In this document: positions 55,323 through 64,000 of the stretch, piece by piece
How positions within the stretch are numbered: the first letter of the stretch is position 1
Layout of the letters: the number at the start of each line of letters is the position of its first letter
From: an uncultured Candidatus Rokubacteria bacterium
GTDB taxonomy: Bacteria > Methylomirabilota > Methylomirabilia > Rokubacteriales > CSP1-6
DNA length: 64,000 nt
NCBI GenBank assembly: GCA_963789955.1
Contig: CAWBMV010000012.1
Location: forward strand, 384,001 to 448,000
Reading direction: 5' to 3'
Made by a program: the position numbers and the translations under genes
Notes under the pieces: generated by a model
The model's input: only the letters and a program-made list of their open reading frames with translations
Databases searched by the model: none
Told to the model about the DNA's origin: nothing

Positions 55323-56199
55323 CTACTGGAGCCGGTAGAGCTTCACCGCGTTCCCATGCGCGACGCGCGCGGCGACGTCCGGCTTGAGCTCGCCCAGGAC
55401 ACGACGGGTCCATATGAAGAGCCGATCGAGCATCTCGGGCTCGAAGAGCCGGGCGGCCCCGGCGTCCACGCCCATCATGAAGCGGTCCGGTGCCTTCTCG
55501 ATCAGCGCCTTCCAGCCCGGGTCGATCGGCCCGGTCTCGGAGGCCAAGCGCGGGCGTGCGCTGGAAGTGCATGCCGGAGAGATCGATGAACAGGTTCGGG
55601 TTGCGCAGCAGAAGCCTGTCGAGGCGGCCGGGTGGCCCTTCGCCGCCGTGCGCCAGAACGATCGTGCTCTTGCGGTGGGCGACGAGCGCGCGATCGAGCG
55701 CGGTTTCAGCCTGATCGGTCAGCTCGTAGTGGATCACGATCGGCACCGCGAACTTCGCGGCCGTGTCGAGGATCTTGCCGAACACGGCAGCGTTCGGGTC
55801 GCGGTCGATCAGGCGCCGGCCCACCTGGCGCATGTGGACTTCGCCGATCACGCGCGGCTTGCCACGGTCGAGCTGGAGCTCGAGCTGGCTCACCACGCTC
55901 TCGGAGGTCGGATCGGGCAGCGGCAGGCCGGCGATCACGCGCTCGGGATACTTCCGGCTTGCGGCCGTGAGCCAGGCCGTGTCGTCTTTCTGGAGACCGC
56001 CAGCACCGAGGAGCACGACCTTGAGGACGTTGTGGCGCTTCATCGCGGCGACGTAGGCGTCGATCGCCGTCGAGTTCGGCAGATGGGAATGCGCGTCGAT
56101 CAGGGGGCCGTTGTAGTCGGCCGCCCACACCGGTGCGCCGCAGACCAGCAGGCCGACCACGAGGCCCGCGAGGACGCCCCGCGCGAGACGTGGCCGCAT
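55323..56199 (-). CDS. Exported amidohydrolase-2-like protein (apparent frameshift near 55548)
   Basis: Signal peptide; IDAHSH, IGEVH, IHYE, LAHGG, DRFMMGVD, HGNA.KLY. Confidence 0.8.
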
Positions 56200-57383
56200 C
56201 AGATGATTCCGTCCCGGGTCAGCGCGTCGAGCTCGGCCTCGTCGAGGCCGAGTGACTCGTAGACTTCGCGGTTGTGCGCTCCGAGCGCGGGGCCGGTCGA
56301 GCGGATCGCCGCCGGTGTGGCGCCCAGGCGAGGCGTGGGCGCCGTCATGCGCACGCTGCCCAGCTCAGGATCGGGAACGTCGACCAGGATTCCGCGCGCG
56401 ACCACGTGCGGATCCTTCGTGATGTCGGCGATGTCGTAGACCGGCGACGCGGTCAGATCGTGGGTCTCGAAGAGGCGCGTCATCTCGTCGAGCGTGCGTG
56501 ACCCGATCGCGCCGGCGAGGGCCGCGTCCACGAGGTCGTTGTGCGCGACGCGCGCGTCGTTGCTCGCGAACCGCGAGTCTTTCAGGAGATGGCCAAGCCC
56601 GAGCCCCTCGAAGAGCGCCGCCGCCGAGGCGGGGGTCGAGGCCGACAGCGCGACCCACTTGCCGTCGCGCGTTTGATAGGTCCCGCGCGGGCTCGCGTTG
56701 TCCGACTGGTTGCCGTGACGCGTCCTCACCGTCCGATCGAGCGCGTATTCAGCCGCGGCCGGGCCCAGGACGGACAGCAGGGGCTCGTAGAGCGAGATGT
56801 CGACCACCTGACCGCGTCCCGAGACGTGATCTCGGTGCCGCAACGCGGCCAGGACCGCGGCCGCGCCCGACAGCGCGGCGACCATGTCGGCCATCGGAAA
56901 GGAGGGAAGCGTCGGCGGCCGGTCCGCCGAGCCTGTCGCGGACGCGAATCCGCTCATCGCCTCGACCATCGTGCCGAAGCCGGGCCGGTCGCGATAGGGG
57001 CCGTCCTGGCCCCATCCGGACACGCGGGCGAAGACCAGCCGGGGATTCTCCGCGGAGAGGACACTCCAGCCGAGCCCCCATTTCTCGAAGGTCCCGGGGA
57101 CGTAGTTCTCGATCAGGATATCGGCGTCGCGGCAGAGCCGGCGCAAGAGCGCCTGCCCGCGCGTCTGAGTGAGGTTCAAGGTGACCGAGCGCTTGCCGCG
57201 CGCGTAGACCTTCCACCAGAGCTCGCCGCGATCGCGGAGCCAGGTCCGCAGCGGATCTCCCCCGCGCGGATTCTCGACCTTGATCACGTCGGCGCCGTGG
57301 TCGCCCAGAATGGTCGCGAGCACGCCCCCGGCGATCAGACGGGAGCAGTCGATGACGCGGAGACCAGCGAGCGCGCCGCTCAC
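56199..57383 (-). CDS. CaiB/BaiF family III CoA-transferase
   Basis: L.GLRVID, GADVIKVE, GKRSVTLNL, ENYVPG, SGWGQDGPY. Confidence 0.92.
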   Translation of the reverse strand: MSGALAGLRVIDCSRLIAGGVLATILGDHGADVIKVENPRGGDPLRTWLRDRGELWWKVYARGKRSVTLNLTQTRGQALLRRLCRDADILIENYVPGTFEKWGLGWSVLSAENPRLVFARVSGWGQDGPYRDRPGFGTMVEAMSGFASATGSADRPPTLPSFPMADMVAALSGAAAVLAALRHRDHVSGRGQVVDISLYEPLLSVLGPAAAEYALDRTVRTRHGNQSDNASPRGTYQTRDGKWVALSASTPASAAALFEGLGLGHLLKDSRFASNDARVAHNDLVDAALAGAIGSRTLDEMTRLFETHDLTASPVYDIADITKDPHVVARGILVDVPDPELGSVRMTAPTPRLGATPAAIRSTGPALGAHNREVYESLGLDEAELDALTRDGII

Positions 57384-57538
57384 TTCTGTGGCGACGTCTT
57401 GAAGTGGCGCGCCAGCGCTTCCATCATCCGGGCGAGCGCCTCGTTTTCGCTCTGTCCCGTGGCCTGAACATTCCAGGCCACGGCGACGGCGACCCACTCG
57501 CCGAGCTCGTTCCGGTGCACCTCGACCTCGAATTGCAT
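57380..57538 (-). CDS. Small HicB/UPF0150-like protein (52 aa)
   Basis: MQFEVEVHRNELGEWVAVAVAWNVQATGQSENEALARMMEAL fits the HicB N-terminal beta-beta-beta-alpha pattern; stop overlaps the next GTG. Confidence 0.6.
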   Translation of the reverse strand: MQFEVEVHRNELGEWVAVAVAWNVQATGQSENEALARMMEALARHFKTSPQK

Positions 57539-57581
57539 GCCCGCCACTTTACCTCAGAAGAAGGACCCGCCGAGGGCTTGT

Positions 57582-58004
57582 CTAGTGACTGCGGGGGAGG
57601 GTCGGATGGCCGGCGGCGGCATCGGCGATCGTGTGGTCGTTGTCCGCGGGGACGGCGCCGCTCACCCCCACCGCGCCGACGATCCGGCCGTCTTCGACGA
57701 GCGGCACGGCGCCCTTGCCGAAGACGAATCGATAGTCGCCGAGGGTCGCGACGTTGTCGGCGAAGAGCTGGCGTTTGGAGAATCGCTCCTCGAGATCGAG
57801 CGTGGTCGCGTGAAACGCCGCGGCGGCGTTGGCCTTGGCGCGCGCGATCTCCGGCGTGACCCAGAGGGCACCGTCCATCCGATCGCAGACGACCAGGTGA
57901 CCGGCGTCGTCCACGACGGCGATCGCCACCTTGAAGCCGAGCGCCTGCGCCTTGGCGAAGCCGCGCTCGACGCTTTCGCGCGCCCGCTCGCGAGTGAGCG
58001 CCAT
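57582..58004 (-). CDS. GlcG/HbpS family heme-binding protein
   Basis: VAIAVVDDAGHL....RMDGA, ARAKA, GAVPL...G.IVGAVGVSG. Confidence 0.9.
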   Translation of the reverse strand: MALTRERARESVERGFAKAQALGFKVAIAVVDDAGHLVVCDRMDGALWVTPEIARAKANAAAAFHATTLDLEERFSKRQLFADNVATLGDYRFVFGKGAVPLVEDGRIVGAVGVSGAVPADNDHTIADAAAGHPTLPRSH

Positions 58005-58005
58005 G

Positions 58006-58314
58006 TCAGGGCACCTCGACCCAGACCTCGCCGGCCTCGATCGTCACCGGATAGGTCACGATCGAACCGCCCCGCGACGGCATGAGACACGTCCCGGATT
58101 TCAGGTCGAACATCCAGCCGTGCCACGGGCAGGTCAACCGCGTGCCCGTGAGCCGGCCCTCGCCCAGCGGACCGCCCTGGTGGACGCACTCGTCGCTGCA
58201 CGCGAAGACGTCGTTGTTGACTCGCGACAGCACGACCCGCGCGCCCTCGGTCTCGACAACGGTCGGCTGACCCGCCGGGAGATCGTCCAGGCGGGCGACT
58301 CGGCGCCGGCTCAC
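58006..58314 (-). CDS. Rieske [2Fe-2S] ferredoxin
   Basis: CVHQGGPLGEG and CPWHGW.FD; GTG overlaps the upstream TGA. Confidence 0.93.
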   Translation of the reverse strand: MSRRRVARLDDLPAGQPTVVETEGARVVLSRVNNDVFACSDECVHQGGPLGEGRLTGTRLTCPWHGWMFDLKSGTCLMPSRGGSIVTYPVTIEAGEVWVEVP

Positions 58315-58991
58315 AGCTCCTCCTTGGCCACGAAGGCGCGATGCAGGCCGGTCATGTACTGCCAGCGCATCTCCGTCGCCTGGCGCACCGCTTCGATCGC
58401 CTCGGCCTGCCGTTCCGGGGTCGTGCAGTGCCGCTCGACGATCTGATAGCCCCGCTCGCCGTGGACCTCGTCCGCCTCGATGTGGATCGCGAAGAACTCG
58501 ACCTCGTGGTCGGTGAAGCCGTAGTGCGTCTTGAGCGGCGGGAGGTTGCGCTGGTAGATGCCGGGCACCTGGGACTCGAGGCCGACGAGCAGGCCGGCCG
58601 CCGCGACGTGGAAGGTCTGGTGCGACATCTCGAAGCACCACGCGGTGAGCCCGCGCGTCGTCGGGAGCTGCTGCTTCGACTCGACCTCGGCCCGCGAGAC
58701 ACCGCACGCTTCCGCGAACCGAATCAGCAGATCGACGTGCTTGGTGCCCGACTCCTCCTCGATGATGTTCTCGAGGAGGAAGTCGCGCGCGTCCGGGTCC
58801 GGGCACTGCCCGTACACGGTGGCGCACCAGCGCGCGAACTGCGAGACGTACTGGTAGTGCTGGGCCGCCCACGCGCCGAGCTGGGCGCGGTTCAGCTCAC
58901 CCTTGACCCACTTTTCCGTGAACGGATTCAGGCGGCTGTGTCGAGCGATGACGGCGGCTTCGAGCCGCGCGCGGAACGGGCTCTTGCTCAT
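58311..58991 (-). CDS. CADD/PqqC/TenA-like heme-oxygenase-fold diiron enzyme
   Basis: ENIIEEE....H, LESQ and FFAIHIEADEVH ligand set; SD GAGGA. Confidence 0.88.
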   Translation of the reverse strand: MSKSPFRARLEAAVIARHSRLNPFTEKWVKGELNRAQLGAWAAQHYQYVSQFARWCATVYGQCPDPDARDFLLENIIEEESGTKHVDLLIRFAEACGVSRAEVESKQQLPTTRGLTAWCFEMSHQTFHVAAAGLLVGLESQVPGIYQRNLPPLKTHYGFTDHEVEFFAIHIEADEVHGERGYQIVERHCTTPERQAEAIEAVRQATEMRWQYMTGLHRAFVAKEEL

Positions 58992-59079
58992 GGAATCCTC
59001 CTCGTCGATGCGGAACCTAATGACATACGATCCCGACTCAAGTCAAGCAAAGGTCGAGGACCGCGACGAACGAGAGGAC

Positions 59080-60138
59080 TTAGAGCGCGGTGACGCGGTT
59101 ACGGCCGAGACGCTTGGCGTCGCCGAGCGCGCGGTGAGCGGCCGCGATCAGATCGTTGGCCGAGGCCGCGTCGGCCGGCAGGCCGGCGACGCCGAAGCTG
59201 GCGGTGACCGGGCCGTGAGCGAAGGGGTGCGCCGCGATGACCCCGCGGATGCGCTGGGAATAGGTGACGGCGCCCGCCTTGGGCGTGTTGGCGAGCAGCG
59301 CCGCGAATCCGTCGCCTTCGAGGCGCGCGATGATCGTGAAGCTCCGGGAGTGCTTGACGAGCAGCCGCGCGACCTCCCTCAGCACCTCGTCGCCCGCGGC
59401 GGAGCCGTGATCGTCGTTGAGCTGTTTGAAGTGGTCCACGTTCAGCACGACCAGCGAGAGCGGGTGGCCGAAACGCGTGTGACGCTTGACCTCTTCGTCG
59501 ATCCGCAGCGCGAAGTAGCGGTGGTTGTAGAGCTCGGTCGAGGCGTCCTTGAACGAGCGATCCTCGAGGCGCGCGTTGCGGATCGCGACGGCCGCCTGGG
59601 AGGCGAGAGCGCGGATCACTTTCTCGTCGTCGGGATCGAACGGCACGATCGCCCCCGATTCGTCCAGCGCGTTCAGGAGCTCGAGCACCCCGACGTTCCC
59701 GCCGGTCAGGTCTTGCAGCGGGACCGCGAGGACCGAGCGGGTCGAATACTCGCTGGCCGCATCGAACCGGCGGTTGAGCGCGCGCGTCTCGTGCACGCCG
59801 ATCGCGTACGCGTCGGCCACGTTCACGATCTCGCCCGTCTGGGCGACGTGGCCGGCGAGGCTCGGCTCGGTCAGCCGCAGGGGCTCGGACTGGAGCCGTT
59901 GCTGCATCGCGACCGTGCCGAGCTTCTGCTGGAGGAAGTCGTTCTGCACGATCGCGAAGCGGAGGTGATCGCCTTCCCGGAGGAACAAGGTGCCGCCTTC
60001 GGCCCGCGTGAACCGGCGTGCCGCGTCGAGAATTCGCTCGAGCAAGGCATACAGGTCGTGCTCCGTGGTGAGGGCGAGCCCGATGTCGAGGAGCTCCTCG
60101 ACGAGCTGGCCGCGATCGGTCATCGTCTGCGGACTCAC
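59080..60138 (-). CDS. GAF plus degenerate GGDEF domain protein
   Basis: GAF; LNVDHFK; RLEGDGF in place of RYGGDEF. Confidence 0.88.
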   Translation of the reverse strand: MSPQTMTDRGQLVEELLDIGLALTTEHDLYALLERILDAARRFTRAEGGTLFLREGDHLRFAIVQNDFLQQKLGTVAMQQRLQSEPLRLTEPSLAGHVAQTGEIVNVADAYAIGVHETRALNRRFDAASEYSTRSVLAVPLQDLTGGNVGVLELLNALDESGAIVPFDPDDEKVIRALASQAAVAIRNARLEDRSFKDASTELYNHRYFALRIDEEVKRHTRFGHPLSLVVLNVDHFKQLNDDHGSAAGDEVLREVARLLVKHSRSFTIIARLEGDGFAALLANTPKAGAVTYSQRIRGVIAAHPFAHGPVTASFGVAGLPADAASANDLIAAAHRALGDAKRLGRNRVTAL

Positions 60139-61166
60139 TGAACGGCGACTCGATTCCGGCCGAGACGCTTGGCGTCGTAGAGAGCCTGATCGGCCGCGAC
60201 GATGAGATCGTCCACCGTCGTGGCGTCTTCCGGGAGGCTGGCGATGCCGAGGCTGACGGTGACCGGGCCGTGCGCGAAGGCGTGCTGCTCGACGACGGCG
60301 CGGATGCGCTCGGCGTACGTGAGGCCACCCGCCTTCGCGGTGTTGACGAGGATGATCGCGAACTCGTCACCGCCGTACCGGGTCACGATGCTGAAGCTCC
60401 GCGAGTGTTTCACGAGGAGCTGGGCGACGTCGCGCAGGGCTTGGTCGCCGGCCCGATGGCCGAATCGATCGTTGACCTCTTTGAAGTGGTCGAGATCCAT
60501 CAGGGCCAGCGAGAGCGGCTCGCCGAAGCGGCAGTGACGCTTGAACTCCTCCTCCATGCGGATCGTGAAGTAGCGGCGGTTGTACACGTCCGTCAGGGCG
60601 TCCTTGAAGGAGAGATCTTCGAGCCTGGCGTTGCGAAGCGCGACGGCGGCCTGCGACGCCAGCGAGCGCACGAGGCCCTCGTACTGCGAGTCGAAGGGCA
60701 CGACGCGGCCCCGGTCGAGCGCGTTGATCAGCTCGAGCACACCCAGGATGTTGTTCGCCGGATCCTGGAGCGGGACCACCAGGATCGACTGGGTGCGATA
60801 GTTCAGCCGGGTGTCGACTCGCGGATCGAACGAGTAGGGCCGATCGGGCGGGATCATGTACGTGTCGTGCAGGTTGAGGATGTCACCGGTGAGCGCGACG
60901 TGCCCCGCGAGGCTGAGCTCCCGGAGACTGAGCGGGTCGGCTTGGAGGCGGCGGCGCATCTCTTCTTGACCGAGCTCGCGCGCGAGCTTGTCGTTCTGGA
61001 CGACCGAGAAGCGAAGCTGGTCCCCTTCGCGCAGGAACAACGTCCCAGCCTCGGCGCGCGTGAACCGGCGGGCCTCGGTGAGGATGCGCTCGAGGAGGGT
61101 TCCCAGGTCCTGCTCGCTGGTCAGAGTGATCCCGATCTGGACGAGCTCTCTGAACGCCTGGGTCAT
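60135..61166 (-). CDS. GAF diguanylate cyclase
   Basis: DALTDVYNRR, DLDHFK.VND, RYGGDEF. Confidence 0.93.
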   Translation of the reverse strand: MTQAFRELVQIGITLTSEQDLGTLLERILTEARRFTRAEAGTLFLREGDQLRFSVVQNDKLARELGQEEMRRRLQADPLSLRELSLAGHVALTGDILNLHDTYMIPPDRPYSFDPRVDTRLNYRTQSILVVPLQDPANNILGVLELINALDRGRVVPFDSQYEGLVRSLASQAAVALRNARLEDLSFKDALTDVYNRRYFTIRMEEEFKRHCRFGEPLSLALMDLDHFKEVNDRFGHRAGDQALRDVAQLLVKHSRSFSIVTRYGGDEFAIILVNTAKAGGLTYAERIRAVVEQHAFAHGPVTVSLGIASLPEDATTVDDLIVAADQALYDAKRLGRNRVAVQ

Positions 61167-61595
61167 GTTCAACGTCGGTCACTCCGGTTGCTGCAGGGCT
61201 CTTCGCCCGCCACCGTGTCCGCCGTCCGCATCGGCCGCCTCCAGGAACTCCACCCTCGGGAAACCGCGAGCCACACTAGTACGATGTACAGCTAAGCAAT
61301 CGAGATGCCAGTAAGGCCACGATTCCTCATATACGGAAATACGTTTTAAATCATAAACATCGGAAAAGTCTGAATTGACCCTTCGAACGCTCTTTGGCAA
61401 CTCCCTGACCAAGTAAATTCTCATCGTTGACAAATAATTTGTCGCCACCAGGCACGGCGGTGACAGGTCGGCGGTCAGAAGTGTCACGCTGGCTCGTCGG
61501 CGACTTCGACGTGGCTACAACGCCCCGTTTTCGTTGCAGTGAATGCTAGTTCTACGCTGGCACACGCCGTTGCTTGATCGGTTGGGGATGCTCCG

Positions 61596-63520
61596 ATGAA
61601 GCTGACATTCAAGCGCCGCGAAGTTTCAGACCTGCAGCATCTCAGGGCCCTCGTGTCGGACAACTCCGACGCGATGGAGCCCGGTCTCAAGATCCTCGCG
61701 TCGAATCTGAATCTCGGTCGTACGACGGTCGATCTCGCCGCGATCGACGCCCAGGACCGCCCGGTTCTGTTCGTGCTCGGTCTCACCGCGGACGACGCCA
61801 TGCTCGTGCGAGCCCTCGAGGCGTACGCGTGGTGTCTCGAGTATCCCGAGTCGATTCAGCGCCTCGTGCCTGCGAGCGTGCGGCCCGGCTGGCCCCCGCG
61901 TATCGTGTTCGTCGCCGAGCGGCTCCTCGAGGCCTTCGTTCGCAAGATGCGGCTGCTGAGCTTCTCCGCGGTCGATTGTTTCGAGTTTCGCTACGTCGAG
62001 GCCAACGGCACCGCCGGGTTCTATCTCGATCGCGTCGACTGGGCGCCGGGCGTCGCCGAGACCGCCACGGCGCGGTCCGACCGAGCCGCGCTCCCCGCGG
62101 CCGACGAGCGGGTCGAGCTCCGCGAGGAATCGAGAATCGCGCCGCCGCGAAGAGCCGCGCGTCGCGCCGCGAGAAGAAATCCGGCGCGAGATCGCGCGTT
62201 GCCGCGGGAGGAATCGAGAGCGGTGCCCCGCGAAGAGAGGGCGGTGCCTCGCGAAGAGCGAACGGTGCCTCGCGAGGAGAGAGTGGTGCGCTGCGCGAGG
62301 AGCCGAAGGTCGTGCTCCTGCGCGAGGAGGTTCGCGACGACGACCACGGCGGATCCGACGAGGAGCCGCTCGAGGACGAAGTCGTCGAGCTGCGCGAGGA
62401 GCTCGAGGAGGAGCCGAAGGTCACACCGCGTGACGAGCCGAAGGTGATTCCGCTCGTCCCGGTCGACGAGCCGCGCATCGTCATGCTCCATGAGACCAAG
62501 GCGGCGCCGCGGAGCATCGAGCCGGCGCCGACGAACGGCGCCCGCAAAGCGGACGCGAACGAGCGGCCGGAGCAGCGCGAGCGGCCGGAGCGCTCGCCGG
62601 TCTTGCTGAAGGGACTGCGCCCGCCCTCCGACGCTCCGCCGCGACGGCGCTCGCGCGAGGTGCCCGATCTGCTGCGGCCCTCGGCCGAGCAGCGACCGTC
62701 GAGCCCGCGCGAAGCCCCCAGCCCCCGGCACCCGCCGCGCCCGCGGCCTCGCGTGCTCCGCACGTCGAGCCGAAGGTGACCCCGGCGCCCGGTTCCCGAG
62801 TTTCGCAGTCTGCTGGCGTCGAGCAACGAGCGAAGAACGATGCCGCGCGAGTGGATGCTTCGCGAAACGGGTCGAAAGAGCGACGGCGCGCGAACCGAGG
62901 CCCCCAAGGGCGATCTCGCGCCGACATGGCGGAAATTCCTGGATCGGCTGACGAGCACGTTCGACGCGCGGACGGGCGCGGTGCCGGAGCCTCCGCGGGC
63001 CGCCGCTCCGCCCTCGACGCCGGCCGCCCCGCCGTCATTGACGCTCCAGCCCTTCGCGGCCGACATCGAGGTCCAGGCCCACGAGGTCGCGCCCGACGAG
63101 GTGGTGGACGAGTCTTCAGAGTCTGTCGCCGAGGTGTCCGACAAGCAGCGCCGCGTCCTGCAGGGCGTGACCATGCCGGACAACGGAGAGCTCGCGCCAC
63201 AGTGGCGGAAGTTCCTCGATCACCCGACGCTCGACGAGACAAAGATCGGGGTGGTGCGCGGATATCTCCAGCGTGAGTTCCCGCTGTGCACCGTCTACGA
63301 CTTCTACGACTTCCAGCGCAACGCTCAGGTCTTCCAGCTCCAGGACAACCACGGGAAGGTCACGCAGCTGATCACGATGACCGCGGAGTTCTTCGATAGC
63401 CATCGTGATCTCGAGATCAGGGCGTGGATCGAGAAGCACCGGCTGGCCCAGGCGATGCGGCAAGCCGGCCAGGCCGGCGTGCTGGTCTCGCAGGCCGGTC
63501 TTCAGATCGAGAAGCGGTAG
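61596..63520 (+). CDS. Hypothetical multidomain protein: NucS-like N-terminal domain, repetitive linker and unknown C-terminal domain (frameshifted; could be two genes)
   Basis: ORFs 61596, 61574 and 62840 join with no intergenic gap; VDLAAID, PRIVFVAE; repeated LAPxWRKFLD. Confidence 0.6.
62221..62283 (+). repeat. Coding tandem repeat, 21-bp period (VPREERx)
   Basis: CGGTGCC(C/T)CGCGA(A/G)GAG starts at 62221, 62242 and 62263, with degenerate flanking copies. Confidence 0.85.
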
Positions 63521-63536
63521 GCTGTTCCGGCCGCCG

Positions 63537-63971
63537 CTAGCTTTCCCACCTCCAGTAGAGCGCCTTCTCCGGAGCGATGCGGATCACCGTGGCGGCCTCG
63601 CGATCGAGCCCCATCACGCGGTACTGCGCGTATTTGGCCAGCAGGAGATCGACGGCGCCCGCCCGCTCGGGCCCTTCGGTGAGAATGTCGGCTCGTCCCT
63701 GGACGATCACCCAGCAGAGGTGTGACCACTCCTCGTCGTAGCGGTCGACGGTGAGGGACACGCGCGGGTTCTCGGCGATGTTGCGGATGCGCCGAAGCTG
63801 GCGCGCCTCCAGACGCTTGGGCTTCGCGTCGATCGCGGAGAAACACGCCTGCCCGTCGAACGCGTAGCACACCGGGACGACCAGTGGCTGCCCCGCCCGG
63901 TCCGCCGTGCCGAGCCGCGCGACGCGGCTCTGATAGAGCAGCTCGGCGGCGAAGGCGGGGAGGTCGTTCAC
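63537..63971 (-). CDS. PPOX-class F420-dependent protein (Rv0121/TIGR03668-like)
   Basis: VARLGTAD..GQP.VVPVCY, AIDAKPK, LRRIRNIAENP.VS..VDRYDEEW. Confidence 0.9.
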   Translation of the reverse strand: MNDLPAFAAELLYQSRVARLGTADRAGQPLVVPVCYAFDGQACFSAIDAKPKRLEARQLRRIRNIAENPRVSLTVDRYDEEWSHLCWVIVQGRADILTEGPERAGAVDLLLAKYAQYRVMGLDREAATVIRIAPEKALYWRWES

Positions 63972-64000
63972 CGAATCAGCTTGGCGTACTGGTCCAGGAG
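63968..64000 (-). CDS. 3' end of an upstream gene (partial)
   Basis: LLDQYAKLIR* with TGA overlapping the next GTG. Confidence 0.45.
   Translation of the reverse strand, partial: LLDQYAKLIR

Noticed and set aside
58311..58991. PQQ biosynthesis (pqqC) or CADD-type pABA synthase
   Set aside because: No pqqA/B/D/E neighbours, and the CADD sacrificial Tyr and Lys positions appear substituted.
61179..61487. 102-aa ORF in the AT-rich region
   Set aside because: Atypical codon usage and no motifs; the region is better explained as a divergent promoter.
62200..62330. Periodic repeats as a CRISPR array
   Set aside because: 21-bp in-frame period with no unique spacers and no cas genes; it encodes a peptide repeat.

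Overview
High-GC (roughly 68-70% by eye) bacterial chromosomal window of about 65 tightly packed genes. The gene repertoire resembles soil Rokubacteria/Methylomirabilota, but that is inference only. About 17 genes, including housekeeping ones, carry single-base frameshifts, most simply explained by uncorrected long-read indels. I found no rRNA, tRNA, CRISPR array, transposase or integrase. Content: signalling (GAF kinases, a sigma-54 two-component pair, tandem GAF-GGDEF genes, a class II phosphodiesterase); B12/C1 metabolism (split methionine-synthase modules, YitJ, a DUF169-UroD/MtaA fusion, a BtuF-like protein, a 5-FCL-like protein); acetate and central carbon genes (malic enzyme, acs, citrate synthase, ccr); two RRM proteins; rpsU; proteases and transporters. 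Best leads: (1) a stand-alone membrane protein whose two Asp/His motifs match the spacing of the PmoC/AmoC CuC and CuD copper sites; (2) an operon of a CADD-like diiron enzyme, Rieske ferredoxin and GlcG-like protein, where the enzyme lacks CADD's self-sacrificing residues; (3) the DUF169-corrinoid-methyltransferase-like fusion; (4) a shared hairpin in the leaders of both RRM genes; (5) two long intergenic inverted repeats. All protein calls come from motif recognition by eye, with no database search.
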